Source: Candidatus Krumholzibacteriales bacterium
GTDB lineage: Bacteria; Krumholzibacteriota; Krumholzibacteriia; Krumholzibacteriales; WJIX01
Reading direction: 5' to 3'
Length of the DNA stretch: 33,679 nt
Assembly: GCA_046483305.1 (NCBI GenBank)
Contig: JAWODM010000078.1
Span: forward strand, 1-33,679
The notes beneath the pieces were generated by a model, which was not told where the DNA came from, did no database searches, and saw only the letters and a program-made list of their open reading frames with translations. The translations under genes were made by a program, and so were the position numbers. The stretch's first letter is position 1; each line of letters starts with the position of its first letter. Below are positions 1 to 8,392 of the stretch, piece by piece.

Positions 1-621
1 GCCATCGAAAAGGCTGCCGATAGTCAATGTATAATCAGGCCAATCGGTATAGGCGATGGCATACTTTGATGAATCCAGGGGATTGCCGTCGGAGTCGACC
101 AGGCTGACCTTGAACTGAGCAGCCGTGGTACAATCGTACTGACTATCCTCAAGCATAATGTATACGTAACAGTCAAGAGTGGTGAGGAAAGCGGTTGCCT
201 GCTCGCTGCAGACGGTTGCCGTCTCATCGTAGAAGATACCGATTGAGGGATTGGCAGGCACATCTACGGTGAGAGAGTAATCGGCGGTTACGCTTTCTCC
301 CTCATTGTCTGAACATGTTACAGTGAAGCTGTTCTCTGCGATATCGCTGGTCATTCCCTTAATAACGCCGTCAGTGGTAAGTTCGTATCCAGCAGGCAGA
401 GTAGAACCGGAAGCAAGCTCCCAGGTGTAGGGCGCCGTTCCACCTTCGGCTTCGAGCTGAACGCTGTATGGGGAACAGGTGCTACCTGACGCAAGAGAGC
501 TGGTTGTTATTGACAGTTCTTCCACCGAGGGTGTCGGGGTAACTGTCTCCTCATCTTCTGAACAGGAAATAAACATACCGCTCAGAGTGAGGGCCATAAG
601 TACTACGAGGACTTTACGCAT
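1..621 (-). CDS. Lipoprotein with putative Ig-like (He_PIG-type) domain; runs off the left edge of the window (partial)
   Basis: Not in the ORF track; translated by hand from ATG at 621 with AGGAGG just upstream: MRKVLVVLMALTLSGMFISCSEDEETVTPTPSVEELSITTSSLASG...PYSVQLEAEGGTAPYTWELASGSTLPAGYELTTDGVIKG... with no stop before position 1. Basic N-terminus, hydrophobic stretch and ISC lipobox-like site; the 'ITT.SL...Y...L.A.GG..PYTW......LP.G..L...G.I.G' pattern is typical of putative Ig repeats. Confidence 0.85.
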   Translation of the reverse strand, partial: MRKVLVVLMALTLSGMFISCSEDEETVTPTPSVEELSITTSSLASGSTCSPYSVQLEAEGGTAPYTWELASGSTLPAGYELTTDGVIKGMTSDIAENSFTVTCSDNEGESVTADYSLTVDVPANPSIGIFYDETATVCSEQATAFLTTLDCYVYIMLEDSQYDCTTAAQFKVSLVDSDGNPLDSSKYAIAYTDWPDYTLTIGSLFDG

Positions 622-674
622 ATTGAGACCTCCTTCTCATTAAAAGTCCGTTTGTCCCCTCGGTGATTGTTTTC

Positions 675-690
675 AGCAATCCGTATGCCA
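675..690 (-). promoter_or_regulatory. Sigma-54 (-24/-12) promoter candidate for the lipoprotein gene
   Basis: Minus strand reads TGGCATACGGATTGCT, i.e. GG-N10-GC with a near-consensus TGGCAC-N5-TTGCW match, about 54 nt upstream of the ATG at 621. Confidence 0.75.
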
Positions 691-925
691 TACTTGAAAT
701 ACGACGGAATGAAGGCGGTTATCTGTTGTCATATAATAAATTAAGCCGGCAATAAAATTACGGGGATTAGCCGGGAGGCCCTTTTATCAAGTCTCATTAT
801 GCCATATAGGGTATTGCAATGGTGCGGAGAGCGCTATGGGGGTGGCCCGTTGCCTTAAGTGCTTTATTGTTGCGGTTTCCGGCTGATTCAGAGGGATAAG
901 AGTATTGCAGCATGCAAAAGCAGGG

Positions 926-1567
926 TTAATTGGGCCCCACAATTTTCATTATGGCGAATTTGATATTATTATGAATTTCCTCCCGGGGAAGAGAACCGTC
1001 AAGTGTCACCAGCCGGCCCTGTTCGCGGTAATGGTTGATTACGGGATTTACTTCTTCCCGGAATACTCTCAGGCGGTTCTGAATAGCTTCCGGAGTATCG
1101 TCTTCTCTCTGAACCAGCCGCCCGCCGCATTCCCCGCACTCCTTCGCCGGCGAGCCGCTTTCCCGGTTCTGATAGAGTTTCCCGCAATCTCTGCATACAT
1201 ATCTGTTGGACAGGCGGGTAATGGATTCGCTGTCGGATATATCCAGTAACAGGCACAGATCGGGGGGATATCGTTCATCCAGTTTCTCTGCCTGATAAAG
1301 AGTGCGGGGAAACCCGTCCAGCAGAAGATTCTTGCCGATATCCTTTTCGTCGATGAAATCTAGTACCAATCTGGCGATAAGTTTCTCCGGACCTATTTCA
1401 CCTTTTTCCACGTACTGTTTGATCTCTCTTCCCAGATCGGTCCCCCTGTTTATTTCTTCTCTCAGTGCCTCGCCGCTGGAGAGGTGATAGTATCCGAAAC
1501 CCTCTCTCAGCCGGGCGGCCTGGGTCCCTTTTCCCGCCCCCGGTTTTCCGAGCAGTACGATACGCAT
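926..1567 (-). CDS. adk: Adenylate kinase (long type, Cys4 zinc LID)
   Basis: GKPGAGKGT P-loop, HLSSG..LR, LLDGFPRT, LID with CRDC...CGEC, and QREDD motif. Confidence 0.93.
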   Translation of the reverse strand: MRIVLLGKPGAGKGTQAARLREGFGYYHLSSGEALREEINRGTDLGREIKQYVEKGEIGPEKLIARLVLDFIDEKDIGKNLLLDGFPRTLYQAEKLDERYPPDLCLLLDISDSESITRLSNRYVCRDCGKLYQNRESGSPAKECGECGGRLVQREDDTPEAIQNRLRVFREEVNPVINHYREQGRLVTLDGSLPREEIHNNIKFAIMKIVGPN

Positions 1568-1587
1568 GATTCCAGGGTCTCCTGCGG

Positions 1588-2550
1588 TTAAATCAGAAGC
1601 TTCCCGTTTTCCATGATTTTTTTGCCGTCAAGCTCCACATCAGGGTCCTTGACTATCCCGTCCAGGTGTATGGGCACATTCACCGTTCCGCCCATCGACA
1701 TGTTGTTTCCCAGGGCTATATGTATGGTTCCCATAACCTTTTCGTCCTCCAGGATGGTTCCTATTATTTTAGCAGCGTCATTGGTTCCGATACCAAGTTC
1801 CGCGGTGTGGAAGGCCTGGGGCCCTGCCTCCGAGAGCTTTTCCCTTAGCAGATCGGCTTCTTCGCCCCCCGTGATCTCCGTGGCAAATCCGTCCTTCACC
1901 TTGATGGTAATGGGAGTTTTGCCAGCAAGGTCTCCGATACCGGCCATCGATCCATCCACCACGAATACCCCGTTGGACTTGTTCTCTTCAGGCATCAGAT
2001 AAGCTTCCCCGGACGGCAGATTTCCGAAAGAGCCGCTCTGGTGAATCAGCCCCGTAGAGGCTATCGCTTTTATCCCCGCAATGGGAATGGTTATGTCGGT
2101 GCCTCCCGGAGAGGTGATATGAGCGGAGTCCGCCTCGGTAAGGATCTCAGTCAGTTTCCTGGTGCGGTCGGCGATTGCGTAGTAGTCGGCATTCAGACAC
2201 CGGATCATGGTGTCTCTGGTAATACCCGGCATGGTAGCAACCCGGGCTCCCGCATCGCAGGCATCCCTGCGCGCGGCGGTGTGGGTCAGCGACTTGGACA
2301 TCGGTATTATTACCACGTCGCTGTTTTTCATCGCTTCGGAAACCATTTCGGGCGGTTCTTCTCCGTTCCTGCTAAGAGGATCTATCTCCATCAGTACGGT
2401 TGTGGCTCCTATTTCGCGTCCGGCTTCCGCCAGGGCCTCGCCAATTTCTCTGAGCTCGGTATCGGTTACCACCAGAAAAGATTCATCCTCCTGCAGCTTC
2501 AGACAGTCGCCCGCCGCGATTCCAGCAGCCTTCAGTAATTCGCTGTCCAT
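1588..2550 (-). CDS. Aminopeptidase, M29 / aminopeptidase T (thermophilic metalloprotease)-like
   Basis: SLTHT.AR, GTDI, GNLPSGEAY, G.FVVDGS, AELGIGTN and EDEKVMGTIHIALGNN...HLD motifs; GGAGG RBS; 20 nt from adk, so probably co-transcribed. Confidence 0.9.
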   Translation of the reverse strand: MDSELLKAAGIAAGDCLKLQEDESFLVVTDTELREIGEALAEAGREIGATTVLMEIDPLSRNGEEPPEMVSEAMKNSDVVIIPMSKSLTHTAARRDACDAGARVATMPGITRDTMIRCLNADYYAIADRTRKLTEILTEADSAHITSPGGTDITIPIAGIKAIASTGLIHQSGSFGNLPSGEAYLMPEENKSNGVFVVDGSMAGIGDLAGKTPITIKVKDGFATEITGGEEADLLREKLSEAGPQAFHTAELGIGTNDAAKIIGTILEDEKVMGTIHIALGNNMSMGGTVNVPIHLDGIVKDPDVELDGKKIMENGKLLI

Positions 2551-2778
2551 TCCTTGCCTCCTCCCCTATACAGGGTGAAAATATAAACACGGTCTGATAA
2601 TTTTATCCTACTGAAAACAGTAGAACGCAAATGAATATAAAGTTCAATATATTTTATGATATTCTCGCCACGCGTATCCCCCAGAATCTGCAGAAATAAT
2701 TATTAGACTTGATTGTTCGCGAAATCCGGTTTACAGGTAGATAAATGGCATGAACATAAATGACTGAGAGGAGGGGTT

Positions 2779-3225
2779 ATGTTCAGGGACATTCTTCCGC
2801 CGACGTATCTGGCGATAGCGGTGATCTTGATTCTCACTATTCATTTTGCGCTGCCTCTGGCTCATGTAATGGAGATGCCCTGGAGGCTGGCGGGGATCAT
2901 CCCCCTTGTTCTGGGGGCGTTACTTAATCTGGCCGCCGACAGTTCCTTCAAGAGGTATAATACTACCGTCAAGCCCTTTAAGAAGTCCACCACCCTGGTA
3001 ACAGGAGGTGTATTCAGAATCTGCAGGCACCCGATGTATCTGGGATTTGTCCTTATCCTCCTGGGTATAGCCGTTCTGCTGGGGTCCCTCTCGCCATACC
3101 TGGTGGTAATCCTTTTCGCCGTTTTTCTTGAGTTCATATATATAAGAGAGGAGGAGAGATTGCTCAGCGAACAGTTCGCGCGGCAGTGGGAGGATTACTG
3201 CGAAAGGGTGAGGAAATGGATTTAA
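2779..3225 (+). CDS. Isoprenylcysteine carboxyl methyltransferase (ICMT/PEMT) family membrane protein
   Basis: Hydrophobic helices, LVTGGVF...RHPMYLG, EE..L...F...W.DY...V.KWI; GAGGAGG RBS. Confidence 0.9.
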   Translation: MFRDILPPTYLAIAVILILTIHFALPLAHVMEMPWRLAGIIPLVLGALLNLAADSSFKRYNTTVKPFKKSTTLVTGGVFRICRHPMYLGFVLILLGIAVLLGSLSPYLVVILFAVFLEFIYIREEERLLSEQFARQWEDYCERVRKWI

Positions 3226-3498
3226 GTCACCCCGGGGCGCGGCAGCGGCCTGGCCGGCGCCCATCCCGGTCCCGGTTTCATCAGCATATTCGAATACCAG
3301 TCCGTTATTTATTGAATTTGAACGGCAATCCTGATCTTTCCCCGGGCAGGGCGGGTTATCCTCGTCACGGGGCCGTGAATTTACCCGGGGAAAATCCGGC
3401 CATAAAAAGCGGTTTGCCGGAATTCCTGAATTCTGATACGGTTGAAAGTTGTCTCAGAAGTTATATCATTAACCGGCCTTCCGGGTAAGGAGATGAAT

Positions 3499-5487
3499 AT
3501 GTTTTCGACCCGCACTTCCAGATTAATAATGATTCTGGTGATGATAGTATCAGTCATTCCATCCGCAACGGATGCCGCCCATGAATGTTTTGGCTGTGAT
3601 GATTTAGCAAGAGTGAAAGGGCTTTCGGAACCGGTTATTTCCCCGGACCGGTCCGCTGCCGTATATGTCCTCAACCATGCTCCGGAAGGAGGGCAGGATA
3701 GCCTTAAGAATGATATGGATATATGGATAGTTGAGCTCGAGGGCGAATCGGAGCCCCGTCCCTTCGTATTCAGCGGCAAGCACGAATTCTCGCCCCGGTG
3801 GTCCCCGTCCGGTGACAGGCTGGCTTTTCTGTCGGACCGCGGCGGGAAAGTACAGATTTATACGATAGATACCTCGGGGGGCGAGGCGGAGAGGGTCTCA
3901 TCCTTTGAAGGAGAAGTGGCCAGCTATTGCTGGAGTAGAAACGGAGAAAGATTTGCCGCGGCGGTCAGGGAGTCGGACGGTGAGGAAGAGAGCCAGCGGC
4001 AATACGATGAAATTGTAGTGGGGCAGGAGCAAAAGAGAGCCCGCCTGTGGACAGTAGATTCCCGCACGGGAGCGGGTGAAAGAATTTCAGATCCGGGAAT
4101 CCATGTTCAATCTATTGACTGGAAACCGGGCAAGCTGGCGGTAATAGTTTCCGATGAGCCCAATTCTAATTCAGCCTACTACCACTCACGCCTGGAACTG
4201 CTCGACGAGGAAACGGGTAACAGGACCCTTCTCTCGAAAAATGCGTCGGGCCCGGTTGAATTTTCAGGCGATGGAGAAATGATCCTTTTTACCTATAAGA
4301 AGGCTCACAGCCGAATCCCGGTGACGGTCCCTTTTGTAGCCGTAATCAACTCTGATGGGACAGGGTTGACGCTGCTGGGGGAGAATTATCTTGGCACTCT
4401 GCGTTCTCCCGGCTGGCACCCGGACGGCGAAAAAATCGCCGCCATGGGTATGGAGGGAGTCAGAAGCAGCCTGGTATATATCTCTCTGGAAGACGGGGGG
4501 ATTGAACAGGTAACAGAACTCAACATCCCTTATTACGGCGGCAGGTTTTTTGACATCTCATCAGAGGGGGAGATGATTGTAACTCTCAGAAGCGTTTCAA
4601 TCCGGCCCCCCGGGCTCTGGCTGATCGACAGGAAATGGATGGGCCGGGATGAGAAAATGCTGGCGGATCATAATCAATGGCTCGCCGAAAGAAAACTTCC
4701 GGAAGCCAGGGCGGTTGAATGGAAAAGCAGAGATGGAACCAGGGTCGAGGGTGTGCTTTTTCTGCCGCCGGATTTTCAGGAGGGAACCGGGTATCCGGGT
4801 ATTATCAGCGTGCACGGAGGGCCGATGTGGGCATGGTGGCTGGGCTGGCACGGAAGCTGGCATAACTGGGCGGTGCCGCTTGCCTGCGAAGGATATGCGG
4901 TGCTTCTGCCAAATCCCAGAGGCAGCCTCGGTTACGGAGAAGGTTTTGCCAGAGCCAATTTCGACGACTGGGGGGGAGGGGATTATGAAGACGTTATGGC
5001 CGGCGCCGACTACCTGGTTTCGGAGGGGTACGCCGACCCGGACCGGCTCGGTATATGCGGCTGGAGTTACGGTGGATATATGACCTCATGGACGGTAACC
5101 AGAACCGGTCGCTTCAAGGCCGCGGTAGCGGGAGCGCCGGTTACCAATCTGTTCAGTTTCCATGGAACCACCGATATCACCCCGGATTTCCTGAAGCAGT
5201 ACTTCAACGGGATAGCTTACCGGGTTCCGGGAGTCTACCGTGGTCACTCACCGGTAGAATACGTCGAGGATGGCTCCACTCCCACACTTATACTTCAGGG
5301 AGAAGAAGACAGCAGGGTCCCGCCGGAGCAGGCCTATCAGTTCTACCGGGGGCTTAACCAGTCCGGGGTGGAGACAGAACTGGTTATCTACCCGAGGGAG
5401 GGCCACGGCTTCTCGGAACTGGGCCACCGCAGGGATGTTCTCAGGAGAATAATTAACTGGTTCGGGGAATACCTGCTTTCAGAATGA
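3499..5487 (+). CDS. Secreted S9 family peptidase (dipeptidyl aminopeptidase / acylaminoacyl peptidase type)
   Basis: Signal peptide, PD40-like propeller (PRWSPSG..LAFLSDR), HGGP, NPRGS.GYG, GWSYGG nucleophile, EDSRVP Asp and EGHGF His. Start placed at ATG 3499 after AAGGAG (ATG 3493 is the alternative). Confidence 0.93.
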   Translation: MFSTRTSRLIMILVMIVSVIPSATDAAHECFGCDDLARVKGLSEPVISPDRSAAVYVLNHAPEGGQDSLKNDMDIWIVELEGESEPRPFVFSGKHEFSPRWSPSGDRLAFLSDRGGKVQIYTIDTSGGEAERVSSFEGEVASYCWSRNGERFAAAVRESDGEEESQRQYDEIVVGQEQKRARLWTVDSRTGAGERISDPGIHVQSIDWKPGKLAVIVSDEPNSNSAYYHSRLELLDEETGNRTLLSKNASGPVEFSGDGEMILFTYKKAHSRIPVTVPFVAVINSDGTGLTLLGENYLGTLRSPGWHPDGEKIAAMGMEGVRSSLVYISLEDGGIEQVTELNIPYYGGRFFDISSEGEMIVTLRSVSIRPPGLWLIDRKWMGRDEKMLADHNQWLAERKLPEARAVEWKSRDGTRVEGVLFLPPDFQEGTGYPGIISVHGGPMWAWWLGWHGSWHNWAVPLACEGYAVLLPNPRGSLGYGEGFARANFDDWGGGDYEDVMAGADYLVSEGYADPDRLGICGWSYGGYMTSWTVTRTGRFKAAVAGAPVTNLFSFHGTTDITPDFLKQYFNGIAYRVPGVYRGHSPVEYVEDGSTPTLILQGEEDSRVPPEQAYQFYRGLNQSGVETELVIYPREGHGFSELGHRRDVLRRIINWFGEYLLSE

Positions 5488-5651
5488 GAGAGTGGCAAAC
5501 TATACTGATCAAATCGATAATCTGATGGGGCATAGCATTTGGGGGAACTCCAATCTCAAAATATCCCTTGAACTGGCTGCCCTTCTAAATTACAATCCCA
5601 TTTTTCGTTCTCGAAATTATCAGCTCCGGGTGAAACAGAGGGAGGTGCCCC

Positions 5652-7052
5652 ATGAGCGGCCTGTTCGGCGTAGTTTCAGAAGAAAACTGTTCCAGATACC
5701 TTCTCTACGGAACCGATTATCATTCTCATCTGGGGACATCTTTCGGCGGGGTTGCGGTTCTCGGGGAGGAGCTGAAAAGGCAGATTCATAATATTAATTC
5801 TGATCAGTTCAAGGCGAAATTCAGGGAGGATATCTTCAACCTGCAGGGAGAAATGGGTGTCGGAGTGATCAGCGCCTCCGACGAACAGCCGATATATATA
5901 AATTCCAAGTTCGGGCCGTTCTGCCTGGTAATGGACGGGTTTATCAACAATGCCGAGGAGCTTGCCGCGGAACTGTTTGACAGGGGCATAACTTTCAGTG
6001 AGCTGGGCCATTGCAGTGTCAATCACGTGGAGCTGGCAGCGAAATTGATTACCCAGAACGGGAGCATATTGGAGGGGATCGAGAGAATGTTTGATAAGAT
6101 AGAAGGGTCCTGTTCGCTTCTGCTTCTTCACAGCGACGGCATTTACGCGGCCAGGGACAGGCGCGGTTATTCTTCCCTGGCAGTGGGCAGAAGGAACGGC
6201 GAGCTGGCCGTCGCCTCGGAATCGACTTCCTTCCTGAATCTGGAATTTACTCCGGAAAGCGTTCTCAGGCCGGGAGAAATTGTACTGCTGAGCAGAGAGG
6301 GCCTCAAGACAAAGAATAAGGGAGAAAAATACAGAAACCAGATCTGCGCTTTTCTCTGGATTTATACCGGGTTTCCCACATCGGATTACGAGGGCATAAA
6401 TGTGGAGGCGGTAAGAGAGAGATGCGGCAGGTGCCTGGCCAGGCGCGACGGAGGAGTGAAGGCGGATGTTGTGTCAGGCGTTCCCGATTCGGGAGTAGCT
6501 CACGCGGTCGGTTATTCCATGGAATCAGGAGCGCCGTACCGCAGGCCTCTGGTAAAATATACTCCGGGATACGGAAGAAGCTATACCCCCACATCCCAGG
6601 ATGAAAGAAATCTCATTGCCAGGATGAAGCTGGTTGCGAACGAGTCGATTATCAGAGGTAACAGGATAGTGGTTTGTGAGGATTCAATAGTAAGAGGGAC
6701 CCAGCTCAAGAATTTCACAGTCAAGAAACTCTGGGAAGCGGGAGCCAGAGAGATTCATGTAAGGCCCGCCTGCCCACCACTGATGTTTCCCTGCATTTTC
6801 AATCTCTCTACCCGGAGTATCCGGGAGCTGGCCGCGCGAAGGGCCATCAGGGAGATAGAGGGAAGCGATATCGAAGATGTCAGTGAATACATCGATCATA
6901 CTACCGGGAAATATATCCGGATGGTCGAACTGATAAGAGAGGACCTGGAGGTAACCACGCTGAAATACCAGACCATTGAGGATATGGTGGAGGCTATAGG
7001 GATGCCCCGGGAGAAGCTCTGCCTCTACTGCTGGACCGGGAAAATCCCCTGA
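5652..7052 (+). CDS. purF: Amidophosphoribosyltransferase (PurF) homolog lacking the catalytic N-terminal Cys
   Basis: GGAGG RBS; AARD..G...L..G, ASES, VPDSG, EDSIVRGT PRPP loop, EIHVR.ACPP...PC and C-terminal CLYCWTG. The N-terminus is MSGLFG rather than MCG. Confidence 0.88.
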   Translation: MSGLFGVVSEENCSRYLLYGTDYHSHLGTSFGGVAVLGEELKRQIHNINSDQFKAKFREDIFNLQGEMGVGVISASDEQPIYINSKFGPFCLVMDGFINNAEELAAELFDRGITFSELGHCSVNHVELAAKLITQNGSILEGIERMFDKIEGSCSLLLLHSDGIYAARDRRGYSSLAVGRRNGELAVASESTSFLNLEFTPESVLRPGEIVLLSREGLKTKNKGEKYRNQICAFLWIYTGFPTSDYEGINVEAVRERCGRCLARRDGGVKADVVSGVPDSGVAHAVGYSMESGAPYRRPLVKYTPGYGRSYTPTSQDERNLIARMKLVANESIIRGNRIVVCEDSIVRGTQLKNFTVKKLWEAGAREIHVRPACPPLMFPCIFNLSTRSIRELAARRAIREIEGSDIEDVSEYIDHTTGKYIRMVELIREDLEVTTLKYQTIEDMVEAIGMPREKLCLYCWTGKIP

Positions 7053-7087
7053 CGGGAGTTCCGGCCCCTGAAGCGGAGATATTTACC

Positions 7088-7840
7088 TCAGTCATGAACC
7101 TCCAGTTCATCCACAAACATACGGGCTATATCCTCAGATTCGCTTACCAGTACTATGCGCGTAACCTCTTCCCCCCGGTGAGAGCGGATTGCGTCCACGG
7201 TCGCCTTTACAATCACCTCTGACGGAAGACCCTGCTCAGGTTCAGCCATATCCGGGATTGCGATAGTATTTAGCTCCAGCTCCTCGGCCTTCAGGAGAGC
7301 CGAGGACAGGGCCTTCCTGATTGATTCAGCGGTCGCTCCGCCTTTGTCCTGATCTGCCGGATTAACGTGTATGATATTCTTACAGTGAAGCTTTCCCGCT
7401 CCGGTGGCCACAGCTTCGTCTCCGCTGATTCTGCCGGCCGCTTCCTTTTCTATCTGGCCCCCTCCCTCTTTTCTGATCAGCGCTCCCGCCCCGCTTTCCA
7501 TACTGCCGGGGTTTATTATCGCGTCGGAGAAGACTCTGGTGACCTTTCCCTTTCGCACGCTTACCCCTATATCGCCGACCGTGGTCATGCAGAGATTTTC
7601 GTGCATGGCGATGCCGGCAAGAATGACCTCAGTTCTCTTCTTGAAGTCGCCTATGATCTTCCCGCCTTCTCTGGATACGTATCCCGCAAACTTGAATAAC
7701 TCTTCGGGGGTTATCTCTCCGCTGTCCAGTTTGCCAAGTTTCTTCCTGAGAGGGGCAATCAGGGCTTCCACCTTAATTTTCTTGATCTTTTCTATGTACT
7801 TCTTCTTCCGTATTTCTCTTTCGTCAGGTTCAAAAAGCAT
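7088..7840 (-). CDS. Macro domain-containing protein (divergent) with ~80 aa N-terminal extension
   Basis: VSVRKGKVT....DAIINP, GALIRKEGG.QIEKEA, AVATGAGKL.CKNIIHV, L..AEEL...TIAIP match the macro (Appr-1''-p) fold; AGGAG RBS. Confidence 0.8.
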   Translation of the reverse strand: MLFEPDEREIRKKKYIEKIKKIKVEALIAPLRKKLGKLDSGEITPEELFKFAGYVSREGGKIIGDFKKRTEVILAGIAMHENLCMTTVGDIGVSVRKGKVTRVFSDAIINPGSMESGAGALIRKEGGGQIEKEAAGRISGDEAVATGAGKLHCKNIIHVNPADQDKGGATAESIRKALSSALLKAEELELNTIAIPDMAEPEQGLPSEVIVKATVDAIRSHRGEEVTRIVLVSESEDIARMFVDELEVHD

Positions 7841-7984
7841 CTCGTCTCCTCGCCTTCTGCCGGATAAATTCTCTGTTGATATTCAATCCGAATGTATATT
7901 ATCGGAGGGAAGGGGTAAACTTATTTCTTCAACGGATGGCGGGGCGCCTGCAGGGGGACGCCGGCTTGAGAAAAAGGATCATTC

Positions 7985-8356
7985 CTACAGTTCGTTACGG
8001 AAATCCTCTTCTATGATCTGTTCCATTCTTCTCTTGTCCTCGTCGCTTTTGATTATTTCCCGGACGTGGTCGAATTCCTCTTTTACCTCTCTGCCGAACA
8101 GCTCTATGGTCCGCATGGTCTGTTTCCCGCTGTTGAACCGGCTGGAACGAAGCTTTTGCAGAAGCGATTCGTAGGTTTTATTTGAGGTGTATCCCCGCAG
8201 GGTGTACCTGGCGACGAAGGCGCCGCAATCGGCGCATTCTATGTATACTTTTATATATTCGCCCTTTAGAAAGTAGAGATTATTCCTGGTGGCCGTGGAG
8301 CCGCATTCTTCGCAGCGCTCTATTCTGGCTGTTTCTCTTTTCTCCCTGTATCTCAA
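7985..8356 (-). CDS. Hypothetical protein with Cys4 zinc ribbon
   Basis: CEECG...CADCG; TTG start after a GGGGGAGG RBS; co-directional with neighbours; charged helical C-terminus. Confidence 0.75.
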   Translation of the reverse strand: MRYREKRETARIERCEECGSTATRNNLYFLKGEYIKVYIECADCGAFVARYTLRGYTSNKTYESLLQKLRSSRFNSGKQTMRTIELFGREVKEEFDHVREIIKSDEDKRRMEQIIEEDFRNEL

Positions 8357-8392
8357 AACCCTCCCCCTTTCTTCTTCCGGCGTTACCTGCGC

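Noticed and set aside
24..263. 79-aa minus-strand ORF
   Set aside because: Alternate frame inside the real lipoprotein gene (1-621).
5655..5657. PurF Ser codon AGC as a single-base error for Cys TGC
   Set aside because: All other glutaminase motifs are also missing, so one miscall would not explain the pattern.
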